A model generated the notes under the pieces. The model saw only the letters and a list, made by a program, of their open reading frames with translations. It was not told the DNA's origin and ran no database searches. A DNA stretch of 64,000 nucleotides, taken from Spartobacteria bacterium (lineage in GTDB: Bacteria > Verrucomicrobiota > Verrucomicrobiia > Chthoniobacterales > UBA10450). Position 1 is the first letter of the stretch. Each line of letters opens with the position of its first letter. The stretch is taken from NCBI GenBank assembly GCA_003134765.1, contig PLCM01000031.1:129540-193539 (forward strand), read 5' to 3'. The translations under genes and the position numbers were made by a program. This document shows positions 34,059 through 43,092 of this stretch, in pieces.

Positions 34059-35297
34059 ATGTTAAAGCGGAATCGCGTCGTTGTTACCGGCATGGGCGTC
34101 ATCGCGCCGAATGGAATCGGACTAGAAGCCTTTTGGGATTCGATCGTGTCCGGACGGAGCGGCGTGGGTCCGATTACCCACTTCGACGCGAGCGCCTTCA
34201 AAAGCCGGATCGCCGGTGAAGTGAACGGATTTGAACCACTGGATTACATCGATCCAAAGTTCAAGCCGAAACGGATGGCGCGACACACGCAGTTCGCTTT
34301 CGCGGCCATGAAAATGGCGCTGGCGGATGCGGATTTCGACCCGTCCAAACATTCGGTCGATCATCCAATTCCTGTCATGCTGGGCGTGAGCACCACCGCG
34401 ATGGAAATTCTTGAAAGCGGCTGGGAGGATCTTTCGCGGCGCGGCCCCCGCGGCGTGAGTGCTGGAGTCGTCGATTGTCAGCCGCAGGCGGCCACGCAGG
34501 TGTTAACGATGGCGTTGGGAATCTCGGCCCGGGCCACCACAATTTCTTCAGCCTGTCCATCGGGTCTGGATGCGATCGCGGCGGCGGCCACCATGATCCG
34601 CCATGGAGAAGCGGATATCGCGGTGGCGGGCGGGACGGACGCGACGATCACGCCTTTGTCGATGGCGAGCTTCGCCACGGCGGGATTGAGTTCGACGCGG
34701 AATTCAGACCCGGAAAGGGCGAGCCGGCCATTCGACCTCCAGCGGGATTCCGGCGTCATTTCGGAGGGCGCGGGCATCGTAATCCTGGAGAATTATGAGA
34801 GCGCTATCGCCCGGGGCGTTTCGCCTTACCTCGAAATCACGGGCTACGGCACGCAGGGGGATGATTACGCCAGCGGTGAGCTGTTCGGATTGGGGCAAAC
34901 CATGCGGGCAGCGTTGAACAGCGCGGGCAAATCGCCCGAGGATGTCGATTACATTTGCGCCTACGGCCCGGGCCATCCCGCGCTCGACATTGTCGAGACG
35001 GATATGGTGAAGCGCGTTTTTGGGCGGCGCGCCTACAGCATTCCGATGAGCTCAATCAAGGGCGTGACCGGCAACGCCCTCTCCGCGGCGGGTCCGCACC
35101 AGGTGATCACGTGCGGTTTATGCTTTAAGCATGGGATCATCCCGCCTACCGCCAACTACGAAGTGCCCGATCCGCGTTGCGACCTCGACTACGTACCAGG
35201 CCGTTTTCGGAATCGACGGATCAACACCGCGCTGATCAATGTGCGCGGCCTGGGCGGAGGCAACAGCAGCCTGGTGGTGGAACGCGTTCGCGAATGA
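34059..35297 (+). CDS. FabF-like beta-ketoacyl synthase with non-canonical active site
   Basis: MLKRNRVVVTGMGVIAPNG, ISSACPSGLDAI (active-site Cys), DPERASRPFD, and C-terminal GLGGGNSSLVVE. The His positions are substituted (see findings). Confidence 0.88.
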   Translation: MLKRNRVVVTGMGVIAPNGIGLEAFWDSIVSGRSGVGPITHFDASAFKSRIAGEVNGFEPLDYIDPKFKPKRMARHTQFAFAAMKMALADADFDPSKHSVDHPIPVMLGVSTTAMEILESGWEDLSRRGPRGVSAGVVDCQPQAATQVLTMALGISARATTISSACPSGLDAIAAAATMIRHGEADIAVAGGTDATITPLSMASFATAGLSSTRNSDPERASRPFDLQRDSGVISEGAGIVILENYESAIARGVSPYLEITGYGTQGDDYASGELFGLGQTMRAALNSAGKSPEDVDYICAYGPGHPALDIVETDMVKRVFGRRAYSIPMSSIKGVTGNALSAAGPHQVITCGLCFKHGIIPPTANYEVPDPRCDLDYVPGRFRNRRINTALINVRGLGGGNSSLVVERVRE

Positions 35298-37807
35298 ACG
35301 CCGCCAATATTTCCCTCTGGCTGGCCCTGCTCATTCAGTTTGGGCTTGGACTGGCCGTCTACCGCGCCAATTCGCGCAACCACGCAAATCAAAGTTTTCT
35401 CATTGTCTCTTTTTTTATCTCGGCATGGCTCCTCTTCCTGCAATTCGCATTCGACGCCACGGATCCCGTAAAGGCCGCGCTCTGGATTCGCAGTGCTTGG
35501 GCCAGCGGGGTCCTGATGGTGAATGGATTCAACCTGCTCCGGCTCGGCATTCTCTGCCGGGACGGCGGGTGGAAGGAAATCGGGCGCAGGTGCGCCGGCC
35601 TCGCGATTCCGAGCCTGGTCGCCATCGCGGGCTGCTACACGCCTTTCTTCCTGCGATCGGCCGAGATCCGCCGGGCGAGCGGTCATGAACTAATTCCGCT
35701 GCCGGTTTACGGTCCACTCTTTCCCGTTTTCGGGGCCCTGCTCGCGAGTTCGGTCGTCATCCTGATCATCTTCTATGTGCGGGACCTCCGGCGCACCGCC
35801 GGAGTGCAGAAGGTCGAACTCCAGTTCATCGTCGCGGGCGGAGTCGCACTCGCCATTCTGGTCGCGCCCACCCAATTTGTGGATCGCGCGATCGCGATGC
35901 AGTTCGCGCCGTTCCGGATCGTTGTCTTCAGCCTGATCATTGCCTACGGCATCTCAACCCGGAAGATCATGGATGTCGGATTTTTCTTCCGGCGCATCAC
36001 ATCCTACGCCGTCCTCGCGGCCTACTTGCTGGTGCTTTACGCTCTGGTTTGGTGGCTGGTTTCGACGGCGTCCAGACCGCTTTTTGCAACCGAAAGCCGC
36101 ACTTTCGGGCACGTGGCGGCGGCCCTCGTCGTCGCCTTCGCGATGGCGCCGGCCCGTGGAATTTCTCAGCGCTTCGCCAACCGCCTTTTCATCGGCTCGC
36201 GCGGGATTGATTTCCAATCGACGATGAACCAGGCGGCCAGCATCCTGAAATCGGTCGCCACCCTGCAGGACTTGCTCGATCGCTTCGCGAAAACGATCGG
36301 GGAAGCAGTCGGGACGGATCGCGTTTTCATCCTGCTGCCCGAGAAGGACGCCTACGTGCAGCATTACCCCGCGGTCCATCCGGATTCCGACACGCCTGCC
36401 CTGCGGTTGAACCGGAGCGATCCCACAATTTCCTACCTCCAGACCCATCAGGAAGTGCTCGTCCTGGATGAGCTCCATCGTATTCGCAAAACGCCGGAGA
36501 TGGAGCGGGCCGCGAAAGAGATGGAGCGTCTGAAAACTGCCGTCGCTCTCGGCTTTTTCTCGCGGCAACATCTGGCGGGCGTCATGTTCCTGGGCCCGCG
36601 GCTCTCGGGCCGCATCTATGGCGCGGTCGAACAGAACGCCCTCCAGGTCCTCTGCGGCCAGTTGGCGGTGGCGATCGACAACGCCCAACTCTTCACCGAG
36701 GTCGAGAACGCGAGAATCTACAACGAAACCCTGCTGGAAAATCTGACGACCGGCGTGATCGCAGCCGGGGCCGACGAGCGGGTCACGGTATTTAATAGTG
36801 AGGCCGGGCAAATTACGGGGCTCAATCCGCGTGAAATCATCGAGCATTCGCTGGATCGCCTGCCCGCCGGGCTGCGCGCAATCCTGTGCGAGACGCTGCG
36901 CACCGGCAGCCGGCAGGAAAACAGCGAATTGGTTCTATCGCTCGGCGATCATAACGCGGTCGTTCGCGCCAGCAGCTCGATCTTTCACGGCCAACAAGGC
37001 GAGATGCTCGGCGCGCTCGTCGTGCTGACTGACATCACCGCGCTCAAACGCCTCGAATTACAGATCCGCCGGAGCGACCGGCTCGCCAGCCTCGGCACAC
37101 TCTCCGCCGGCATGGCGCACGAGATTAAAAATCCGCTGGTCTCGATCAAGACTTTTGCGCAGCTGTTGCCCGAGCGTTATCAGGACTCCGATTTCCGCGA
37201 AACCTTTTCGAACCTGATCGGGCACGAGATCGATCGGATCGATTCGCTGGTGAACCAGCTCCTCCGTTTTGCGCGGCCGGCCAAGCCAGTTCTGAGGCCA
37301 ATGCACGTGCACGAAGTCCTGGAAAAATCGCTCCAGCTCGTGGGCCACCGCCTCTACCAGAAGGAAATCAAATTAGCTCGTTCCTGGCAGGCCGATGTGG
37401 ATACTATCCGCGCCGATGCCGACCAGCTCGAACAGGTTTTCCTCAACTTCTTCCTCAACGCCATGGACGCCATGAAGCACGGCGGAGAACTGAGCGTGGC
37501 GACGGAGATCCACGCGGGAACGGAATGGGTGGCGGCCATCTCTGGGACCAATGGCGATTCTCACGAAGTCCTGCGGGTGACGATTCGCGACGACGGCGAA
37601 GGCATTCGCAAGGAAGATATCCCCCACGTCTTCGATCCGTTCTTTACCACGAAAGACTACGGCACGGGACTCGGGCTTTCGGTTGTGCACGGCATCATCC
37701 AGGAACATGGCGGACAGATCGAAGTGGAAAGCGAGATCAGGAAAGGAACATCATTTCACATTCTTCTGCCGCTGGTTCGTTTCGCGGAGGGGGTTGTCGC
37801 GGCATGA
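35294..37807 (+). CDS. Sensor histidine kinase, multi-TM N-terminal domain + GAF + PAS + HisKA + HATPase
   Basis: About 8-9 TM helices at the N-terminus. The H-box is SAGMAHEIKNPL and the ATP-lid is DDGEGI...GTGLGLSVV. ATG 35294 overlaps the KS stop (ATGA). Confidence 0.88.
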   Translation: MNAANISLWLALLIQFGLGLAVYRANSRNHANQSFLIVSFFISAWLLFLQFAFDATDPVKAALWIRSAWASGVLMVNGFNLLRLGILCRDGGWKEIGRRCAGLAIPSLVAIAGCYTPFFLRSAEIRRASGHELIPLPVYGPLFPVFGALLASSVVILIIFYVRDLRRTAGVQKVELQFIVAGGVALAILVAPTQFVDRAIAMQFAPFRIVVFSLIIAYGISTRKIMDVGFFFRRITSYAVLAAYLLVLYALVWWLVSTASRPLFATESRTFGHVAAALVVAFAMAPARGISQRFANRLFIGSRGIDFQSTMNQAASILKSVATLQDLLDRFAKTIGEAVGTDRVFILLPEKDAYVQHYPAVHPDSDTPALRLNRSDPTISYLQTHQEVLVLDELHRIRKTPEMERAAKEMERLKTAVALGFFSRQHLAGVMFLGPRLSGRIYGAVEQNALQVLCGQLAVAIDNAQLFTEVENARIYNETLLENLTTGVIAAGADERVTVFNSEAGQITGLNPREIIEHSLDRLPAGLRAILCETLRTGSRQENSELVLSLGDHNAVVRASSSIFHGQQGEMLGALVVLTDITALKRLELQIRRSDRLASLGTLSAGMAHEIKNPLVSIKTFAQLLPERYQDSDFRETFSNLIGHEIDRIDSLVNQLLRFARPAKPVLRPMHVHEVLEKSLQLVGHRLYQKEIKLARSWQADVDTIRADADQLEQVFLNFFLNAMDAMKHGGELSVATEIHAGTEWVAAISGTNGDSHEVLRVTIRDDGEGIRKEDIPHVFDPFFTTKDYGTGLGLSVVHGIIQEHGGQIEVESEIRKGTSFHILLPLVRFAEGVVAA

Positions 37808-39804
37808 TTCCATCGCCCCCCATTTGCATCCTCTACTCGCAGGATGCCGATCTCGTCCGCCGCGTGAAGGCATTCCTGAGCGCGCTCGCGCAAGTGCGCC
37901 ATGTCAGCTCGCCGGACCGTCTCGACGCCGTGCTGCAACAGAATAGTCCCGCCATTCTCGTCCTGGATTTACGGGCCAAGGAAGCACGCGATCTTCTCGA
38001 ACAAATCCAGACCGCGCTGCCTGAGATCCTCGTCATTGCGCTGGGGACGTTGCGCTCGGAGCCGTTGCGCGAAGTCGAGCATTCTGGCATTTACGCTGCG
38101 GAAGATTTGCAGATCGATCGACGTCGTTTGCAGGGGCTGGTCTCGCGCGGGTTCGATCATTTGCGCGTCCTGCAGGAAAATCGCGATTTACGCGATCATG
38201 CGTTGGTGCCGTTCGCCGCTGAGCCGCTGCGGCGCGTCGAGGCGCCGCCCGAACGACGCGAGGCGTCGATGCCGCTTCTGCGTTTCCCACGCGTGTTCCG
38301 TCGGTTCGATAACGTCGAGGCACTCCTCGCCAGCGTCGTGGAAAATGTAGCTGACGCGACCGGTGTGGGCCGGGTGGGAATCTTTTCCAAAATCAGGCAG
38401 AGCGATCGCTACCGTTTGCGCGCCGGCCTGCGTTGTCTGCCCGAGACCTATGACATTGAATATGGCGAGCGCGATGCCCTCGTGCGCTGGTTTGAGCTGC
38501 ATGCGCACCTGATTTGCCGGGCAAATCTTCCGCAGGTCGATCCGGCACAGCGCGCGATCATGCGGCGCGCGCTCGATACCTTTGCGGCTGAAGTAATCGT
38601 CCCCCTCCACGCCGCCGGCCGAATTATCGGATGGGTCTTTTTTGGCCATCGAGTGACCGGTCAACGCTTCGAGTCGTCCGATCTCGAAGCGCTGATGGTT
38701 CTCGCGGAACACGTTTCAACGGTCCTGGAGAATGCGTTGCTCAATGAAGAAGTGAGAGTGCAAAAAACACTCGCGGAGACGTTGCTCAAATCTATTCCGC
38801 CGGGGATCGTCGCGACCGACCAAGAGGCGAACATCCGCTGGTTCAATCCGACGGCCGAACAAATTCTCGGCGTTGACGCCCAGGATGCCCTCAATCACCC
38901 CATCGAGGCGGTCGGCGGCCGGCTCGCGGCTTTTTTGCGCGAAACCCTGGATGCGCACGAAAATCTGCCGGCCCGCCAATGGATCGATCCCAACACCCGG
39001 CGATCGCTTTCGGTGGAAACGCGGCGTTTGGTCGACGAGAAAACTCCGCTCGGGGCCGTGGCCGTCGTCCACGATCTGACGACGGAGGACAACCTCCGGC
39101 AGAAGCAGGACCTGGTGGATCGTGCTGCCTTCTGGACGGATCTCGCCGCCAGCATGTCACACGAAATCCGCAACCCACTCGTGGCGATCAAAACATTCGC
39201 CCAGCTTCTCCCGGAGCGATTCGAAGACCCGGATTTTCGCAAGGATTTCAACGAGATCGTCGTCCAGGAAATCGACCGACTCGACAAGATCATCACTCAA
39301 ATCAACAACTTCGCGCATCCCTCCGAGCTGGTGATGAAGCCGGTCGACCTTCGAGGCCCCCTCAAGAAAGCGATCGAGTTGGCCAAAGGACGCGTGACAA
39401 AGAACGGCGTCGCCATCGACACGACTTTGCCCAACGACCTGCCGCGCGTCCTCGGCGACGAAGATGCCCTCACCGAAGCGTTCGCCCATATTGTGGCCAA
39501 TGCTGCCGAAGCGACCTCGGGCCAATCCAAACCGCGCATCACCCTGGCTGCCAAATCAATCCACGAAGGGGGCCGAACCAGCGGAGTGGTGATCACCGTT
39601 CAGGACAACGGCCGCGGGATTTCCGCGGACCTCCGCGAGAAAATCTTCTCGCCGTTTTGCACCACGAAAGCGCGCGGAATGGGCCTCGGGTTGCCAATCG
39701 TGAAACGCACCGTGTTCGACCATAACGGGCGCGTCGACATCGACTCGAATCCCCACGGGACCTCTGTGAGCATTATGCTCCCGGCGACCACGATCGCGAA
39801 ATAG
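37804..39804 (+). CDS. Cytoplasmic histidine kinase, receiver-like N-terminus + GAF + PAS + HisKA + HATPase
   Basis: The N-terminal ICILYSQDADL...AILVLDLRAKEARDLL looks receiver-like. The H-box is ASMSHEIRNPL, followed by DNGRGI...GMGLGLPIV. ATG 37804 overlaps the previous stop (ATGA). Confidence 0.85.
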   Translation: MIPSPPICILYSQDADLVRRVKAFLSALAQVRHVSSPDRLDAVLQQNSPAILVLDLRAKEARDLLEQIQTALPEILVIALGTLRSEPLREVEHSGIYAAEDLQIDRRRLQGLVSRGFDHLRVLQENRDLRDHALVPFAAEPLRRVEAPPERREASMPLLRFPRVFRRFDNVEALLASVVENVADATGVGRVGIFSKIRQSDRYRLRAGLRCLPETYDIEYGERDALVRWFELHAHLICRANLPQVDPAQRAIMRRALDTFAAEVIVPLHAAGRIIGWVFFGHRVTGQRFESSDLEALMVLAEHVSTVLENALLNEEVRVQKTLAETLLKSIPPGIVATDQEANIRWFNPTAEQILGVDAQDALNHPIEAVGGRLAAFLRETLDAHENLPARQWIDPNTRRSLSVETRRLVDEKTPLGAVAVVHDLTTEDNLRQKQDLVDRAAFWTDLAASMSHEIRNPLVAIKTFAQLLPERFEDPDFRKDFNEIVVQEIDRLDKIITQINNFAHPSELVMKPVDLRGPLKKAIELAKGRVTKNGVAIDTTLPNDLPRVLGDEDALTEAFAHIVANAAEATSGQSKPRITLAAKSIHEGGRTSGVVITVQDNGRGISADLREKIFSPFCTTKARGMGLGLPIVKRTVFDHNGRVDIDSNPHGTSVSIMLPATTIAK

Positions 39805-39882
39805 GCATTTTCGATTTCCGATTTTGGATTTATGGTTGCGTCCCCCGTCGGGCGCAATTCAACCATCAATCTCCAAAATCGA

Positions 39883-40836
39883 ATGATCGTCACCACTGCT
39901 CAACTTTATAAACACGCCTACGGCAAATACGCCGTCGGGGCCTACAACATTAATAACATGGAGCAGCTCCTCGGGCTCTTCAGCGGCAACGTCCGGAGCA
40001 AAGCGCCGTTCATTATCCAGCTTTCCAAGGGCGCCCGGAAATATGCCGACAAGCGGATGCTCGAAGCCATGATCCGTACCGCCGAAGAGATGTTTCCCGA
40101 GGCCGTATTCGCGGTCCACCTCGACCATGGCGACGAGGAGACCTGCTATGATTGCATTGCCTCGGGGTTCTACAGCTCGGTGATGATCGATGCGAGCCAC
40201 GAGGCGTTCGACGAGAACGTTGCCATCACGAAGCGCGTGGTGGAAAAGGCGCATCCCAAAGGCATCAGCGTCGAAGCGGAGCTGGGTCAACTGGGAGGCG
40301 TGGAGGAGGACATCAAGGTCGATGAAGGACATGCTTCGCTCACGAATCCGCTCGAGGCCGTGGAATTCGTGAAGCAGACCGGGTGCGATTCACTGGCGGC
40401 CGCGATCGGCACCAGCCATGGCGCCTACAAGTTCAAGGGCCAGCAAAGCCTTCATTTCGACGTGATCGAGGACATCCAGAAATTGATCCCCGGCATGCCG
40501 ATCGTGATGCACGGCAGCTCGAGCGTCCCGATCGAAGAAGTGCAGCGGATCAATGCGGCCGGCGGAAAGCTCGATCCTTCAGCGCGGGGCGTGAACGAAG
40601 AAGAATATTTGCCTGCGGCCAAACTGGGCGTCACCAAGGTAAACATCGATACTGATGGGCGCCTGGTCTGGACGAGGGTCCATCGCGAATACTTCCGGGA
40701 CCACCCCGCCGAATTCGATTTCCGCCCGCCGGGAAAAATCTTCGTCGAGGAATACGCCAAATTTATCGCCCACAAGAATGGCAAGCTTGGCTCGGCTGGC
40801 CAGCTCGACGGCGTTCGGGAGAGTCTGAAGGGATAG
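39883..40836 (+). CDS. fba: Class II fructose-bisphosphate aldolase
   Basis: YAVGAYNINNMEQ...HLDHG...AIGTSHGAYKF...MHGSSSVP. Confidence 0.93.
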   Translation: MIVTTAQLYKHAYGKYAVGAYNINNMEQLLGLFSGNVRSKAPFIIQLSKGARKYADKRMLEAMIRTAEEMFPEAVFAVHLDHGDEETCYDCIASGFYSSVMIDASHEAFDENVAITKRVVEKAHPKGISVEAELGQLGGVEEDIKVDEGHASLTNPLEAVEFVKQTGCDSLAAAIGTSHGAYKFKGQQSLHFDVIEDIQKLIPGMPIVMHGSSSVPIEEVQRINAAGGKLDPSARGVNEEEYLPAAKLGVTKVNIDTDGRLVWTRVHREYFRDHPAEFDFRPPGKIFVEEYAKFIAHKNGKLGSAGQLDGVRESLKG

Positions 40837-40865
40837 CGAGCTTTCAGCTTATCTTGGACTCCGAC

Positions 40866-40975
40866 CTGTAGCCGCTTCGCTGTGCGAAGTGCCGGATCCG
40901 CCCAGATTGCTCACCGATGCGCCGCCTGCTCCCTTCGCGAAGCTTCGGCGCGGGAGGCTGGGCGACTGCTACAGA
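40866..40975. repeat. Palindromic element CTGTAGCC...GCTACAG (copy C3)
   Basis: ctgtagccgcttcgctgtgcgaagtg ... ggctgggcgactgctacag. Confidence 0.7.
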
Positions 40976-41096
40976 AGAGACGCGGCAATCACCCCAGGTG
41001 CCCTGATCGGGTCACGGCGGGCGGAGAATTTCAGCCCCATTTCGGCGTTGGCAAGCTTAGTGCTTATAGTTATTATAGTAATTATAACAGAGCACT

Positions 41097-41543
41097 ATGA
41101 AAATCCTTGCCCGCGATACCGTCGAGTTCCTCCTTATCGATGACGACCCAGCCATTACCAAATTCCTCGTCACCTACCTCAAACAAAAAGGGCACACCTG
41201 CGAATACCTCACCGAGGGTTTCAAGACCGCGGCCTGGCTCGAGTATCACCGCTGCGACGTGGCGGTGGTCGATCTCAACATGCCCAAAGTAGATGGCATT
41301 TCCCTTATTTCGTTCATCCGCGAGATGAGCCAGACCCTCCCGATTATCGTCTTCACCGGCGTCGGTTACGACGAAGACCGAATGCACGCCGCCCTCCGCG
41401 CCGGAGCCAACGGTTACGTCAGCAAAAATCTTCCGATCGAACAGCTTTACTGCGTCCTGTCACGCGTCCTGGCGACTTGCCAGCAGCGGGCCAGGCGCGA
41501 GTCTCTGGCCCGCCCCCAACAGGTGTTGGCCGGCGCCGCCTAA
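41097..41543 (+). CDS. Single-domain CheY-like response regulator
   Basis: FLLIDDDPAI...CDVAVVDLNMPKVDG...IIVFTGVG...GANGYVSKN. There is no output domain. Confidence 0.88.
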   Translation: MKILARDTVEFLLIDDDPAITKFLVTYLKQKGHTCEYLTEGFKTAAWLEYHRCDVAVVDLNMPKVDGISLISFIREMSQTLPIIVFTGVGYDEDRMHAALRAGANGYVSKNLPIEQLYCVLSRVLATCQQRARRESLARPQQVLAGAA

Positions 41544-41561
41544 GAGTCCGCCGATCGGGAA

Positions 41562-41966
41562 TTATTTCGGGGATGCTTCCTCGAGAAGCCAGCGCAACGC
41601 TTCCGCCGAAATACATTCCGCGCCACACGCGCTCGCGGTTTCCTGTTCCAGAACATCGCTCGTCGCAACGAGCAGCTTGAATCGGCCTCCATACTTGCTC
41701 GCGAGGCGTTCGATGATTGAATCGGCCGTTTGTCCGGCGCGCGAATAAAAAACCTGGATTTCTCCGGGATCGGAACTGACGCTAACCGACTGTCCCTTTC
41801 CGTCGAAAACTACCGCGACGCGCGTTCCGGTCCAATCCTGGTAATCCCGAAGCTTTTTGGCCAGGGCCTCCCGCGCGAGCGAGGTCCGACGGGCATGGAG
41901 CTTGCGCAATTCCGGCCAGGCGAAGATGACGCTGTGTCCGTCAACAATAAGGTACTCCGCGCGCAC
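41562..41966 (-). CDS. NYN-domain (YacP/Rae1-like) putative RNase
   Basis: EYLIVDGHSVIFAWPEL...VAVVFDGKG...VFYSRAGQTADSIIERL...LLVATSDVLEQ. The start is GTG. Confidence 0.75.
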   Translation of the reverse strand: MRAEYLIVDGHSVIFAWPELRKLHARRTSLAREALAKKLRDYQDWTGTRVAVVFDGKGQSVSVSSDPGEIQVFYSRAGQTADSIIERLASKYGGRFKLLVATSDVLEQETASACGAECISAEALRWLLEEASPK

Positions 41967-42294
41967 TACCTGGAGAAGGGCCGGCTTGCCAGACCGAAGG
42001 GCGTCCGCAAAGCGCTATGCTTCGCTCGGAGCCGCCGCCGGTTTCTTTGCTTTCGCCTTGGACGGCTTCGGCGCTTCCCGCCGGACCGGTGCAGTTTTCG
42101 CCGCCACTTTCTTTCGATCCAAATAAGCCGCGCGCCGACGCCGCTTCACTCTCACCCGATGTTGCTGGCCCATATTCGCGTTCTATAGGGCGGAAGTACG
42201 GAGGGCGCAACGCGAAATCCTGAATGAGGGTTGCCATGGACCCGCCGGATTTTATAGGATCCGATTCATCAGCGCGTTTTCTCTTCCACGTTTC

Positions 42295-43092
42295 GTGATC
42301 ACGTCCCGTCAACTCATTCTCATTTCGGTGGCATTGCTTACCCTGTCCGCGATCTTCGCCGTCCTTAATCTGCAAAAGACCCGCGGCTTGCGCACGGAGG
42401 TGGTGCAAAGTGAAACCGCCCGGCAATCGGCGGACCAGCAGCGAATCTCACGCGAGAAACAACTTAAGGACCGGGAAGCGGCGGTGGCGGCCGCGAATGC
42501 AAAATTCGGCGACACCCAAAACAAAGTCGCGAGCGCCGAAGCCGAGCTGGTCAAAGTGCAGGCAGAAAAAAATGACCTGCAGGCGAAGCTGCACGCGAAC
42601 GAGACGGAGATTGCCGAGTTGCGCAAACGGATCGACACCGCGGTCACGAAGCCGGCGACAGGCGCTTCTCCTTCGGCCTCAACCACCGATCTGCAGGCCC
42701 AGCTGGAAGATGCCAAGAAGCAGCTCGACGCCGCCGAGCGCGAAAAAATCCTTCTTTCGGACAAAATGAAAGGCACGCAGGAGAAAACCACCCAGCTCGA
42801 AACGGAGAAAAAACACCGGCCCGCGGCCGGCGGAAACAACCCCGGCATCCGCGGCACGGTCCTCGCCGTGAACCCGGCCTACAATTTTGTCGTCCTCAGT
42901 CTTGGCGCCCGCCACGGGGTCGAGTCCAACAGCGAGATGCTGGTTCTGCGGGGCGGTTCGTTCATCGGAAAGATCCGCATTTCGTCGGTTGAACCGGCCA
43001 CCGCCATCGGCGATATCATTACGAGCACTCTGGCCCGAGGGGTCCAGGTGCAACCTGGAGACACCGTCGTTTATGCTGGTAACAATTCGTAA
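42295..43092 (+). CDS. Membrane-anchored coiled-coil protein, hypothetical
   Basis: N-terminal TM helix LILISVALLTLSAIFAVL and long heptad-like region. GTG start. Confidence 0.55.
   Translation: MITSRQLILISVALLTLSAIFAVLNLQKTRGLRTEVVQSETARQSADQQRISREKQLKDREAAVAAANAKFGDTQNKVASAEAELVKVQAEKNDLQAKLHANETEIAELRKRIDTAVTKPATGASPSASTTDLQAQLEDAKKQLDAAEREKILLSDKMKGTQEKTTQLETEKKHRPAAGGNNPGIRGTVLAVNPAYNFVVLSLGARHGVESNSEMLVLRGGSFIGKIRISSVEPATAIGDIITSTLARGVQVQPGDTVVYAGNNS

Noticed and set aside
41967-42294. 328-nt spacer between the NYN gene and the coiled-coil gene, considered as an ncRNA or a missed gene
   Set aside because: I recognised no structured-RNA signature. A highly basic reading frame (…IERKWRRKLHRSGGKRRSRPKAKAKKPAAAAPSEA) has no ATG, GTG or TTG start after its upstream stop.
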